A DNA stretch of 64,000 nt from the NCBI GenBank assembly GCA_951406725.2, contig OX597817.1:49290001-49354000 (forward strand), written 5' to 3'. This DNA is from Octopus vulgaris (lineage: Eukaryota). The notes below the pieces were generated by a model, which was given only the letters and a program-made list of their open reading frames with translations, ran no database searches and was not told where the DNA came from. The first letter of the stretch is position 1. Each line of letters starts with the position of its first letter. Below, piece after piece: positions 1 through 13,961 of the stretch. The position numbers and the translations under genes are program-made.

Positions 1-78
1 AGATAAACGGGTACATATAATATATACATACGTACATGACTGCATATAGAAAGCATGTATTCGCGCGCGCACTTTCTC

Positions 79-79
<1 letters not shown>

Positions 80-172
<93 letters not shown>
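80..172. repeat. (TG)n microsatellite
   Basis: Uninterrupted TG array. Confidence 0.95.
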
Positions 173-174
<2 letters not shown>

Positions 175-660
175 TGTGTGCATTCCACTGCTTCACAATA
201 GCAGCAAAAACTCTGAAGAAATGAAAACAACTAACAATATATGTTCAATTGTTTTCGTCAGTCGACAACTGTCACAAAATTTTTCCTACGAATGTCAATT
301 GTCCTACTCTTAACCTGGTAATTTATCCAACGAATAACAATAGCAATTGTCCCACTCTTATCCCGGTAGGACACCAACCGTGACCGATATTGATTTGATA
401 CCGATTTAAATTCTGTCCTGATATTTGGATCGAAACGTATTGGAATTTTAGGACTGAAACATCGATACTTTAAATGAAAAGTAAATTCTTTGTACTGCAC
501 CTCTATGTTACCTCTTCTACACTGTTCAAATATACATATCCGCATAAACATTAACACACACACACACAAATAAATATATGTATGTCTGACGATATATGTA
601 TACATGTTTATTGGCGTATGTATATATATATATATCGATGGGTGAATGAATTATTTATTC

Positions 661-694
<34 letters not shown>

Positions 695-696
<2 letters not shown>

Positions 697-815
697 GACG
701 GGCCTTCAGTTCCTGTCTACCAAATCCACTCACAAGGCTTTGGTCGGTTCGAGGCTATAGTAGAAGACATCTGCCCAAGGGGCCACGCAGTGGATCTGAC
801 CCTAGAACCAGCGAC
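695..815 (-). mobile_element. SINE family A, partial
   Basis: Contains GTCTACCAAATCCACTCACAAGGCTTTGGTCGG, shared with the 4140-4707 copy. Confidence 0.75.
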
Positions 816-837
816 TCTTGGTATGTACACACACACG

Positions 838-924
<87 letters not shown>

Positions 925-929
925 CTTAT

Positions 930-1165
930 AAAATAAGGGCAAGAGAAAAATTCTAATGCCAAATATGCCGAAAAAAAGACAACAAGCATTATAATTTATG
1001 CGTCTCGAAACATGCCGATAGAAATTTCTAAAAAATTCCGTTATAACCGTATTGGTCCCAATTTCGGAGTTAATTCATAAGAATTTTCCCCTCGTCATAA
1101 ATGGAATACTTACTCATACCCACGGAAAAAGCAAGCACTAAGTACCCCAAATAGATCCAAAATAG

Positions 1166-1170
<5 letters not shown>
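930..1170 (-). mobile_element. Short dispersed element between (TA)n tracts with a decayed hammerhead-like fold; partial second copy at about 13956-14045
   Basis: AAAATAAGGGCAA.AGAAAAATTCTAATGCCAAATATGCCGAAAAAAAGACAA...CATTATAATTTATGCGTCTCGAAA occurs at both sites directly after (TA)n. Minus 1047-1099 reads ATGACGA-GGGG..CTCC-GAAA-TTGG-GA-CCAA-TA. Confidence 0.5.
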
Positions 1171-1212
<42 letters not shown>

Positions 1213-1225
1213 AAACTTAAAAGGT

Positions 1226-1417
1226 TATTGTTCATGGCCGGTCACCGAGTGACCATTGGTTTCGCACCTTTAGAATCCTCAGTGGTATGAATGATTCAGT
1301 AGTCTCGTTGGCCGGAGGAATACACAGTTTATGTGCCTCCCACGCATCACCTATACCGCTAAAAACAATATAATTGCGAAATCAATGGTCATTCCTAGAC
1401 CAGCCATAACCAACAAT
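1226..1417. repeat. Inverted pair of a short dispersed repeat with a hammerhead-like GAAACCAATGGTC motif; third copy near 59570-59625
   Basis: Minus 1226-1265 GCGAAACCAATGGTCACTCGGTGACCGGCCATGAACAATAA vs plus 1376-1416 GCGAAATCAATGGTCATTCCTAGACCAGCCATAACCAACAA. Near 59577 the sequence GGTGCGAAAGCAATGGTCACTCTTTGACCGGCTATAAC recurs. Confidence 0.55.
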
Positions 1418-1670
1418 ATTCTTAATAATTACTAATTAAATATCTTAGTCTGCTGACTGATTATATAATTTTTAATTGTCAGACAATTATCCAATATTTC
1501 AAAGACCATATCTATTCCTTTTATATAGAAAGAGAAACTGCGAGGAATATCAACAAATTCTGTTGTTTTATATATTTTCTAGTTTCTATGTTTCTTTACA
1601 TGTGTATATACGTGCACATAGACACATACAAACACACACACACACACACACACACACGCATATATATAGA

Positions 1671-1671
1671 G

Positions 1672-1735
<64 letters not shown>

Positions 1736-1788
1736 TGATTGATTGATTGATAGATAGGTGGATAGATAGATAAGATAGATAGATAGAT

Positions 1789-1863
<75 letters not shown>

Positions 1864-1877
1864 GCGGTTAGATAGAT

Positions 1878-1912
<35 letters not shown>

Positions 1913-1952
1913 ACAGACAGACATATAGATAGATGGATAGATAGATAGATAG
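1671..1952. repeat. (GATA)n microsatellite
   Basis: Long GATA array with GATT/GACA variants; a similar array lies at about 56970-57100. Confidence 0.95.
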
Positions 1953-1962
1953 ATGCACATAC

Positions 1963-1993
<31 letters not shown>

Positions 1994-2041
1994 GCCTTAT
2001 TTTGATCTCAAATATTTACCTCTATTTAATCATCTCACATC

Positions 2042-2089
2042 GTCTCTGATGATGGGATATCCATAATATCCCAGAAACAGCTGTAAGAT
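2042..2089 (+). ncRNA. Minimal type I hammerhead ribozyme motif (Penelope-like pLTR type)
   Basis: CTGATGA at 2046-2052; 8-bp stem II TGGGATAT/ATATCCCA; GAAA at 2074-2077; palindromic stem III ACAGCTGT; GUA site at 2083-2085; stem I GTCT/AGAT. Confidence 0.75.
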
Positions 2090-2154
2090 TACATCTATAT
2101 CTTTTTCCTTATAAATGTTCTGTAAACTCCTCACAGATTTCTCATCTCATTTTG

Positions 2155-2290
<136 letters not shown>

Positions 2291-2409
2291 TATATATATG
2301 TATGTATGTATATACATATATATATGTAAGTATACATATATATATACCCACATACCCTTTGATTATTAACTTTCAAACACTAAAAACTGTCGTGAGTTGT
2401 ACATACACA

Positions 2410-2499
2410 CATACATACATACATACATACATGCATACATACATACATACATACATACATACATACATACATACATACATACATACATACATACATACA

Positions 2500-2531
<32 letters not shown>

Positions 2532-2642
2532 CATACATACATATACATACATACATACACACATACATACATACATACATACATACATACATACATACAT
2601 ACATACATACATACATACATACATACACACATACATACGTAC

Positions 2643-2673
<31 letters not shown>

Positions 2674-2722
2674 TGTATGTATGTATGTATGTATGTATGT
2701 ATGTATGTATGTATGTATGTAT
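2410..2722. repeat. (ACAT)n followed by its reverse complement (ATGT)n
   Basis: Strand switch at about 2640; the same arrangement occurs at about 46795-46965. Confidence 0.9.
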
Positions 2723-3053
2723 AACTTATGCCAGTACTCAGCGTTTGAAAGCTTATAATCAAAGAGCCGTGAAACTTGAATCTCGAAAAACAAATCATTT
2801 TCAAGAGACATTACTGAACGTATTGATGTAAAATTGTGTATAATTGTGTGTGCATGTATGTGTAGGTTTGTGTATGCGTGTGTGTGTGTGCTTATGTTTC
2901 TATGCGTGTTTACGAATGAAAGACAAATCTATCAGTGTGTTGCGCTTATATGCAATGGAAATCATTCGGCAATTAAGTTCACAAAGATGTAAGCCTGGAT
3001 TTTATTTCACATACATATGCACTTGCTCACACACCACGAACATACTTTTGCAT

Positions 3054-3094
<41 letters not shown>

Positions 3095-3114
3095 CACTAC
3101 CACAGTCAACTCAA

Positions 3115-3158
<44 letters not shown>

Positions 3159-3384
3159 AGCACGGATTTTTGTCAGTGAACAGGTCGCAGTCTTATAGCG
3201 ACGAAAATATTTTGACAAATTAAACGTAAACGTTGAAGTGAATCGAACAGCTTTGTGTGTTTCTTAAATGGCTTACAAACACCTTCCACGCTGCAATTGT
3301 TTTCGTTCCAGCACACGATCTCAGATCAAATCACTTGATATGCAAGTACATCTCCGTAATATATATATACATATATATATGTGC

Positions 3385-3466
<82 letters not shown>

Positions 3467-3523
3467 GACATGGTATAAATAATAGTCATTATGTTTTTCG
3501 TTGTTGCAATAAAATTGACTTAA

Positions 3524-3720
3524 AAGGCGGCGAGCTGACAGAAACGTTAGCACGCCTGGCGAAATGCTTAGCAGTATTTCGTCTGTCTTTATGTTCTGAG
3601 TTCAAATTCCGCCGAGGTCGACTTTGACTTTCATCCTTTCGTGTTTGATAATTTAAGTACCAGTTGCTTACTGGGATCGATCTAATCGACTGGCCCCCTC
3701 CCCCAAAATTCTGGCCTTCT
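3524..3720 (+). mobile_element. SINE family B monomer
   Basis: AGGCGGCGAGCTGACAGAAACGTTAGCACGCC...GAGTTCAAATTCCGCC (B box)...CTTTCATCCTTTCG...AAGTACCAG. About 20 loci in the window. Confidence 0.8.
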
Positions 3721-4017
3721 GCAAATCTGACTAGGTTTACTCAATCGGTCCATTGATCAGTTGAGAAAAGAACTACCGAAAAAGTTAATACTATGGTCTT
3801 CCGAGTGTATAGTTATATAATCCAACATGAATAAATAAGTTATATATTTTATCATTCTATTTGTTTGGGTCATTTGTATGCGGCCATGCTGTTGCACGCA
3901 TATATTTATAGTAACAGTCTTGGGGTAATTTTGTAGCTTTAATAAAAGCCTATTACTCCACTTTTGGTATTCGAGTACAATTTTCTCCACCTTGTTTTGC
4001 ATTTAAGTGCTCACCCG

Positions 4018-4061
<44 letters not shown>

Positions 4062-4139
4062 CATACATACTGTCTTATATATATATAAATACATATATAT
4101 ATATATATACATTCTTCTATATATATATATATATACATA

Positions 4140-4707
<568 letters not shown>

Positions 4708-5113
4708 CATATATATATATATATAATTTTGGAAGCTATAGTTTGCTGCACAATCTCTCATCGATGAGTGCACTGTTCCTATCGGCAGAAACTGTTGTAA
4801 GCTAAGAAAATCCGTTGCCTAATTGCCTGATCCTTTGTCATTTATATAATTTGTCATTGTACCCAAGTAACACTTTATTCTGAAGTATATGTATAATGAG
4901 TTCTAGCACCAGATTATTAGTATCGCCATGCTCTAAGCGCAAGACTGATGTACATGCATACTGGTATATATGTATGCATGTATATGTGTGTGTTTATAAT
5001 GCTACACCGAAAACATACGTTCATATACAGGCTTATATACATATATTCATGCATGTAATATGTATATACATTTATACACACATATAGTCATACATATAAA
5101 CATACATTTGCAT

Positions 5114-5161
<48 letters not shown>

Positions 5162-5483
5162 ATATGTATTTATATTACTTATATTACACACACACACACA
5201 AATATATGCACATGTAAATACATACATATACATACAATGACTATATGCGTTTGTATGTATGCATTTAATTATACGTATATATCCAATGTGCTTGTGTGTG
5301 AAAATTCCTAGTGTACTCGTTTCGATCTTTTTCCACCGTCTCAGTTCCAGTTCTACTGAAGTCAGCTTTGTTTATCACCCTTGCATAGGTCATTAAAATA
5401 AAGTAGCACAGAAGTACAAAGATCGATGCCATCGATAGCTGATCTGTTTCGATAACCAATGGAGAAAAATTTTACAAAAGGAC

Positions 5484-5652
5484 CAAGGCCGTCTTAGCTG
5501 CTTTATAGGCCCTCAGGCTAATCGCTGCACTGGGTCCTATAGTATTTATCGGTGCATTAGGTCCTATAGCATACACAAGTCAGAATTTGGCCCCTATACT
5601 CGGGAGTCCCATGGACAACTTCCCAGTGTTTTCATGCATTAAGAAGGCACCA
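5484..5652. mobile_element. Possible old hAT-like MITE
   Basis: Ends CAAGGCCGTCTTA and TTAAGAAGGCACCA; flanks AAAAGGAC vs GGAAGGAC (6 of 8 match). Confidence 0.4.
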
Positions 5653-5855
5653 GGAAGGACCCTAATCTTCGATCGTCTATATAGATTCGATTGCAGGTGA
5701 TGTGACATACGGTTTGGAGGACACTGCCTTTAAATGACACACACTCCCACTCTCACATACACGCGCACGCATCCACACACAACACACATATACGTCAAAT
5801 CATTCACTTGCACATGCACACACACACACATACACACACACAAGCACATACACGT

Positions 5856-5886
<31 letters not shown>

Positions 5887-5993
5887 AAAAGTGAAACCAG
5901 ACAGAAAAGTAAAATAACATTATGATTAAAAATATTTTATGCCATCTCCACTTCAGAATTGTAAAAGCACGCACCCTTACATTCATACACATA

Positions 5994-6070
<77 letters not shown>

Positions 6071-6081
6071 TAATACATACA

Positions 6082-6145
<64 letters not shown>

Positions 6146-6468
6146 TTATATACATATATATACAGACATACATATATACACAATTTAAGGAAGTAATATT
6201 CACGTTAGGGATTGTTAAAAGCAATTTTGATGCCATTGGGTTTAACCAACTATATTGTAGGTTTATATTTTCATAATTTAATTTGCATTACTTTTCCGCT
6301 TGTAATACAAATAAAACGAACCAAGCATCTTTTTAATTTGTCTTCTCCGTTTTCTTTTATTGACTTTTTATTGCATACATGCATACATACATAGATACAT
6401 ACATATATACATACATACATACGTACATACATACATATATATATATATAAATATATATATAAATATAT

Positions 6469-6512
<44 letters not shown>

Positions 6513-6513
6513 C

Positions 6514-6578
<65 letters not shown>

Positions 6579-6965
6579 CATATATACATACATACATATA
6601 TTCATACATGCATATATAACATACATATGTACATAGATAAATGATAGAAAATGGAATGAACGTCTTTTTTTTTAATCACTACAATTGTTTTGAACACATT
6701 TTTGCACCTGTAATGCGTTGGAGGGATGTTCTGTAATCATTATGTCACCCATCCAAGGTGTGAAACTTCATGCGTATATTTCTATGCATGTATAACGACA
6801 AGAATATTCAAGAATTTACATAAGTCAATTCACATTATTTTGTATATACATAAATACATGTGTGTGTATGCGTGCGTGTGCATGTGACTGTGTATCCATA
6901 GCTATGTACATAGAAATGCTTATATATACATGTATGTATGTATATATATATACATACATATATAC

Positions 6966-7022
<57 letters not shown>

Positions 7023-7120
7023 CACATACACACATATATATATATGTATGTATATATATAAATATACAAAACATTCCTTATATATATGTATATATACATA
7101 TATATGTATACGTACATATA

Positions 7121-7187
<67 letters not shown>

Positions 7188-7294
7188 ATTGTACCCATTG
7201 ACCTCCGCAGTACGGAGATTGTATATACACATTCCAGTCACAAAGCAAATAGTTTTTTTCTTCGTTCTTTTTAAGCAAGTAAAACATAACTTAC

Positions 7295-8339
7295 CTTTGT
7301 CTAATCTATGTTTACCAAAATCCTCCGATAAAATTCTGTTGATTCCAAATTTTAACTGGCTGGACGATGCTGTAGCACCACCTGGCGGACCTGTTCGTCC
7401 GCGGTAAAGTGATAAGTTGTGTGAGAGATCGATTCCATTTGAATTATTTACAACACTTGAAGAACTCAACCGCGAAAAGGCTCCGGCCGAACAAAGAGCT
7501 TGCAAAGGTGCTATTCCACCGGTGACAGTAGTCGCTAAACTTGTTGCATCTATACCGGGCGAATAGCTGCGACTGCTGTTCGATATGACACCACCGTCTG
7601 CCACCGATGCAGTCAATAACGACCCCACACTCCTGACCATTGCACTTTGCTCTCGTTTCACAGAAATTCCTTCCTCTTCTCCACAACCGTGAACAACGGC
7701 ACCTGTCGTCGTCGATGAAGATGATGATAATGATGATGATAATGACGATGACGATGATAACGATGATGACGATGATGATGATGCTGACGATGATGAAGAA
7801 GAAGAAGGAGTCGATGATACAGTCAGAGCTACAGTGCGACACTCCTCACCTCCTCTTTCTCTTCCCTCTCTCCCTCCCCCCTTCTCTGTAGCAGCTGTCC
7901 CACCGTCCTCAACGATATCGAGGACAGACCTGCTAAGGACGGGTGCATCTATCGTCGGGTATCCATGGCCACACGGGGATGAAGATCTCCCGTTCAGATA
8001 CTTAGTCCTAATACTACTGTTATTACAGCTCGCGGCCTTACTAATGTCACTACTATTACAACTAATACTACTATTGTCGTTCGTAGTATTGTTCTGTGGC
8101 AGTTGTTGTTGATGCTGATGATGATGCTGTTGTTGTTGTTGTAAGTGTTGTTGTTGTTGTTGATGCTGATGATGATGAAGTATTTCGGCGATGTGAAACG
8201 ATGAAGGGTTTTTAACTCCGTAGCTGGACATCGCATTCAGTTCAGTCGGAGGTAAATAATGATGCGGAGATAGAGCTGTCCAGTAACTAAGGGATGTAGC
8301 AGATGCGGGTAAGCACCCGACACAGCTACCCAAAAACAT
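7295..8339 (-). CDS. HLX: First coding exon (348 codons + 1 nt, phase 1) of an HLX / H2.0-like homeobox transcription factor; homeodomain exons not seen in window
   Basis: ATG at 8339. The N-terminus MFLGS...SLSYWTA...[14 protein letters not shown] and later [14 protein letters not shown] match the recalled vertebrate HLX blocks KKPSFCIADILH and DLKFGIDRILSAEF (eh1-type motifs at 8178-8198 and 7329-7355). Poly-H/Q and poly-S tracts are present. A canonical donor AAAG|GTAAGT lies at 7295/7294, and the ORF soon runs into microsatellite beyond it. Confidence 0.88.
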
Positions 8340-9377
8340 GTTATGGGCTTTCTTTGTGTATTTACTACTTTATAAATCGATGGGTGTTGTTGTTAGTCCA
8401 TTATATACTTAAAACATTGCTTTCTATACAATATACATATATATATAGATAAATACGTGTTTACACACATATATATATATAATATATAGCTACACACATA
8501 TACATCTATCTATAAATACATATTATACATACGCGCGCAAGTGTGTATTTATGTTTGAACGTGTGGTATATATCTGCGTGTATTTATATAATTAAATACT
8601 TAAGGCATTGTATTTTGTATTTTGCGTATGTACATACGCCATGGTATGCTGCGTATTAAATAATGAGATAATTAACATATGTATATATATATGTATTATA
8701 TATATTTAGTTATACAAATATTTGTCTTTAATTTGTATATATATGTATTCATTTAATTATATATTCTCACTTTGTACATAACACTTCATTAAGTTTTATA
8801 AGCGCACCGTCGTGTATACAATTCCAGTAAATTACACGTAAAGTGTATATTTGATAGATATATCCAATATTTAATTATATTGATCAATAATCTAAATATA
8901 CATATCCATGGGTCGGCGGATGTACAAAAATCGATAAATAAAGAAGAAAGCACAGAGAAAAAAAATAAACTTGTGTATCCTAGTTTTGGCTGTATAGTGT
9001 CGTTAATTATGATCGAACAATGAGAAAACTTGTTCGATTTGTGAAGAGATCCAGTAAACCACGGCTTAGTCCGAACTGCGTTTCGTACTGCAGGATAATC
9101 AGACGATGTTAATTTTTGGCATTACAGAATATAGAGTAGAGATTGTTGCTTGAAGTTGATGTTAGTTGATGATGACTGCTAATCTCGGGTAGAAGTGGGT
9201 GAGATTCTGAACTTTAATGTGGAGGGGGAGGGCCGAGGAAAAAGAAGAAAAAAATATGTGAAGGAAAGAGATAGAGAGAACGAGTGGGGTAAATGCTGGA
9301 GTAAAGTAGAGGAAGAAGGGGAGAGCGAGATATATATCTGTGTGCGTGTGACGTGCGTGCGTGCGTGTGCGTGCGTG

Positions 9378-9421
<44 letters not shown>

Positions 9422-9863
9422 TGTGTGTGTTTAGGGGTGTATGATGTGTGAGTGTATATAAATAGTGTTTCCGTGTGTGACATTACATATTTGTATACAG
9501 GCCAATAAGTAACTTCTGGCTGCCCGTGATGTTTGGCGATGTGTTGTCTCTGCGTGTGTGTACGTGTCTATGTGTGTAGTGTGTGTGAGAGAGTGCCCGC
9601 GTGTGTGTGTTCGCACGCGTGCGTATGCGTGTGTATGTATGTGAGCGTATGTGTGTCTCTGTGTGTGGTATCTGTGTGTGCATGTATGGATAGATATGTA
9701 TGCTTTTATGTGGTGTAATAATAATATCCATATTTCAACTATATATATATATATATACATATATATAGATATAGATATTATATATATATATATATTCATA
9801 TATATATATTATATATATATATATGTATATTATATATTATATATATATATGTATATACACACA

Positions 9864-9938
<75 letters not shown>

Positions 9939-9968
9939 GCGTTTATGCCTGTACACATACATACATAC

Positions 9969-10007
<39 letters not shown>

Positions 10008-10374
10008 TGTGTGTGTGAAATTTGATTTTTGTGTTGGCCGAATAACCCATTTGAAACTAAGGGTTAATATGGATTTCATGGCGTTAATGCCTTTCTTCAG
10101 CGTATCAATAACATAAGCGAATAAAATTGACATCAACTGTTGCAGTCACGGTGAACTTAACCACTCTACAACAGGACCTACTTAGAACATTAGCAGCCTT
10201 GATAATTCGTGCGAGTGAGAGTGTGGTAATCGATGAGCCAAACAGTAGCTATTGATAAAATCGATACATGCCAAGTTCTTCGCCAATCATTTTACATCAT
10301 TCCAAAAACTACGTAACTTTGTGTTTCTTCCGAATTCTTCCTTCTGTTGTTTCAATCTCGGTAACATGTCTGCT

Positions 10375-10761
10375 TCCCAACCACCGGGTTCCGGGTTCTG
10401 TCCCACTGCGTAGCACCTTGGACAAATATCTTCTGCTATAGCCTCGGGGCGACCAAAGTCTTGTGAGTGGTTTTATTTGTTCGACGGAAACTGAAAGAAG
10501 CCCGTCGTATATTATATATATATATATATATATACTTTTGTGAGTGTGTTTGTGTGTGCGTGTATGTATGTGTGTGTTTGTGTCTCTGTTTTTCCCACTA
10601 CCGCTTGTTAACCGGTGCTGGTGTGTTGACGTCTACATATCTTAGCGTCCTTATTTTATCGGTCTTTTTTGCTGAACCGCTAACAACAGAGATGTACACA
10701 CTCCAGCATCCTTTGTCAAGTGATGGTGGGATGGGGACAAACACTGACACAAATACACACA

Positions 10762-10827
<66 letters not shown>

Positions 10828-11010
10828 TATATATATGTATGTATATACGACTGATTTCCTTCAGTTTCCGCCTGCCAAATCCACTCTCAAGGCTTTGGTC
10901 AGCCTGAGGCTATAGTAGAAGACACTTGCCCAGGTGTCACGGAGTGGGGCTGAACCCGGAAGCATGTGGATGGGAAGCAAGCTTTTTACCACACAGCCAC
11001 GCCCGCACCT
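10375..11010. mobile_element. Two SINE family A copies in opposite orientation (plus ~10375-10630, minus ~10635-11010)
   Basis: Plus-strand GGTTCCGGGTTCTGTCCCACTGCG... followed by the minus-strand copy seen as CAAATCCACTCTCAAGGCTTTGGTCAG...ACCACACAGCCACGCC. Confidence 0.75.
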
Positions 11011-11015
11011 ATATA

Positions 11016-11052
<37 letters not shown>

Positions 11053-11054
<2 letters not shown>

Positions 11055-11423
11055 AGGTGCAATGGCCCAGTGGTTAGGGCAGCGGACTCGTGGTCGTAGG
11101 ATTGCGGTTTCGATTCCCAGACTGGGCGTTGCAAGTGTTTCTTGAGCGAAAACACCTCATGCTCTACGAGGCTCCGGCAGGAGGTGGGGGTGGCGAACCC
11201 TGCTGTACTCTTTCGCCACAACTTTCTTCCTGTTTCTGTTGTACCTGTATTTCAAAGGGCCAGCCTTGTCACACTCTGTGTCACGCTGAATCTCCCTGAG
11301 AATTATATTAAGGGTACACATGTCTGTGGAGTGATCAGCCACTTGCACGTTATTAATTTCACGAGCAGTATTTTCCGTTGATCGGTTCAACTGGGACCTT
11401 CGTTGTCGCGACTGACGGAGTGC
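11053..11423 (+). mobile_element. tRNA-derived SINE family D, tail type 1 (tail-only copy at about 55160-55332)
   Basis: GGAGGTGCAATGGCCCAGTGGTTAGGGCAGCGGACTCG..GGTTTCGATTCCCAG tRNA-like head. The tail ATTTCAAAGGGCCAGCCTTGTCACA...GACGGAGTGC is repeated at 55160. Confidence 0.8.
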
Positions 11424-11450
11424 TACGTTATATATATACATATACATATG

Positions 11451-11509
<59 letters not shown>

Positions 11510-11526
11510 GTATGTATATGTATCAG

Positions 11527-11590
<64 letters not shown>

Positions 11591-12191
11591 TGTATACGTC
11601 TGTGTATATAACTTCAAGTCAAATGCTAGTATCGATAAAATCCGCTTTGCTACATCCGCCAAGAAAGAAAGAAAAAGAGTCTGGTCTCATGCCTATATAC
11701 AGAAGGAGAACGTAAATGGATCATTTGTATTCCCATAAATGCTAACATTTGTTTTCTGATGCTATTTACGAACCATACGTGTTTATATGTTGCGTAAATG
11801 TGATCCGTTTTTAGCTTATTTATTTATGTACATAAAATAATAAATACATTATATGTTCGTATTTATTAATGTAGCTTTAACATTAACATTCTGATGTTAA
11901 TTAATACATTTTCATTGAATAATCTAACATATTTGATGGTATAAAAGGGCGTCGGAGCACGTTGAACGCTGCCAATTTCAGCAACGCATATTCAGGGTGG
12001 AAAAAAGAGATTTTCGTGCATTAAAACTTATGACAGGGCCAGCTAGCATATAGGATTTCGGGTACAAACACACATTCATACACACACCACACACTCTCAC
12101 CACATTCACACGTAAATGTGTGTGTGTGTGTGTATATATATACATATATATATACATATAGACATACATATATGCATACACACACACACAC

Positions 12192-12238
<47 letters not shown>

Positions 12239-12434
12239 CACACAATATATGGGGGTCTAGTTCACAGGTGATCTAAACGATTAGGTACGCTAGGTAAGTG
12301 CCGTAACGGATTACTAGGCATCCAAAACGGTTGTTATGAAGCCATTGCAGATTTCCGATAAAGAGGACAACAAACGTTAAGACAAGGCAAATATCTCAAG
12401 TCATATACATTATTTTTACTGGAAAAAATTCAAA

Positions 12435-12479
12435 GTCTTACAGCTGTTTCTGAGTATGGGATATTCCGTCATCGGAGAA
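12435..12479 (-). ncRNA. Decayed hammerhead-like motif related to the 2042 copy (core CCGATGA)
   Basis: Minus strand reads TTCT-CCGATGA-CGGAATATCCCATACTCA-GAAACAGCTGTA-AGAC. It shares GAAACAGCTGTAAGA with 2074-2088; stem II is degraded. Confidence 0.45.
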
Positions 12480-12618
12480 AATAGGTAGATTAATGACATG
12501 ACGGCATAAAGGACAGGAGTAAAGGCTTGAAACGTTAAAGACTTTTTCACTTCCCGAGTGTTAAACTAATACATCTGTTTGTTGTCTTCCCCACCTGTCT
12601 TGGTCTTTTGTGAATTCT

Positions 12619-12660
<42 letters not shown>

Positions 12661-12971
12661 AAATATATATATATAATAGAGCAATTAGAGAATGTCTGTT
12701 TTGGCCGACGCTTCGGGCATTATCTGTCTTTATATATCTTTTACTTATTTCTGTCATTAGACTGAAGCCATGCTGGGGCACAACCTTGAGTAATTTTAAT
12801 CCAGAGAAATGACACCAGTACGTATTCGTTTTCTAAAGACTGATGCTTATTTCATCGGTCGTTTTTCTCAAACCACTAAGTTACAGTTTGTCAAGTGATG
12901 GGAGACTACCACAGACGCGCGCACACACACAAACATACACATACACACGCACACACAGACATATATTTATT

Positions 12972-13194
12972 TATTAAAGCTAGCATTGGTTTAATGGTGA
13001 GAAAAGTATCTTCATGTCTTAACAGTTTTTTTTTAAGTCGACCACATGAAAGAATGGTGTCCGTTTCCATTTTGGATGAAAACACAAAGTTTCCCAAGAT
13101 GGAGGCGAACACCATTCCTTGATGCGATCGGCTTGAAAACTTGTTAAAATATTAAGATATTTTTCTTAACATGAAACCAATGGTAGGTTTAATA
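12972..13194. repeat. Old imperfect ~220-bp fold-back (inverted repeat)
   Basis: TATTAAAGCTAGCATTGGTTTAATG...GAATGGTGTCCGTTTCCATTTTGGA is the reverse complement, with mostly transitions, of CCCAAGATGGAGGCGAACACCATTC...CATGAAACCAATGGTAGGTTTAATA. Confidence 0.7.
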
Positions 13195-13524
13195 CACAAA
13201 TAAAGAAATTCTTATACACCAACTCGGTATTGAGCACTCATTCTCGCCGTCCGACATTCACGTAGATATATATATATTTATATAGAATCCACAAGAGTAA
13301 ACAAGAGAGACAGAGAGACAGGCAGAAACAAGGAAAATGCCCCTTGGTTTTGAATACTATGCAAATATTCTTTTAAAAAACTTTTATTTTAATCTTATCC
13401 AAAATTTTATTGTTTTCCGTACTTACAGTTGAAAAAGTCTCAATGACTGGAACCGGTACTGAAATGTTTTTTATAAAATTATTTTAGCATTTTCTACCTT
13501 GACTTGTAGTGATTTTCTTTTTTT

Positions 13525-13913
13525 TTTCGGACAAATTTACCTTTCCTCATCATATAACACTTATATCTGATATCGTCGTGGACATCATTTCTGACTGTTC
13601 CTTCTGACACATGGAGATCTTTTGCAATTTACCTCATGGACTTTCTGAGATAATAATCAATGATCTTGTTGGATAAATTCAGGTGTTCTGATGATTTCTG
13701 AGCGTTTAGGATGCTTTTTATGTCTTGATACTAGTATCGAGATATTTCTAAATCGCTATGCTCAGCCTTTATAACGCAATAACAGCATGCCTCTTCATTT
13801 CTTGAGTAATCTGAGGGTCTGCCATTATTTTTTTCTGAAACAAAGATTATACAGAGTAAGCAAAAAATGCAGCAATGACCGAAAAAGGTATGTCCTCAAA
13901 TGCTTTACGCGTC

Positions 13914-13916
<3 letters not shown>
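13525..13916 (-). mobile_element. 5' part of a decayed Tc1/mariner (maT-like) element
   Basis: Minus strand from ATG 13825 reads MADPQITQEMKRHAVI..AEHSDLEISR..RSEIIRTPEFIQQ..KSMR*IAKDLHVSEGTVRNDVHDDIRYKCY (HTH). A TA-CAGG terminus sits at 13916 next to (TA)n. Confidence 0.65.

Positions 13917-13961
<45 letters not shown>

Noticed and set aside
258-605. 115-aa minus-strand ORF as an HLX exon
   Set aside because: No similarity to HLX or any domain I recognise; it begins in simple repeats.
6825-7294. C-terminal 155 aa of the 504-aa ORF
   Set aside because: Read-through past the GTAAGT donor into intronic (TA)n/(CA)n repeats; not coding.
11053-11125. tRNA gene
   Set aside because: A/B boxes are present but continue into a repeated SINE body; the same holds for the other tRNA-like heads.
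13426-13461. Functional hammerhead
   Set aside because: Stems are present (CAG/CTG, AGTC/GACT, ACCGGT) but the core reads TTGAAAA and GGAA; counted only as a decayed relic.
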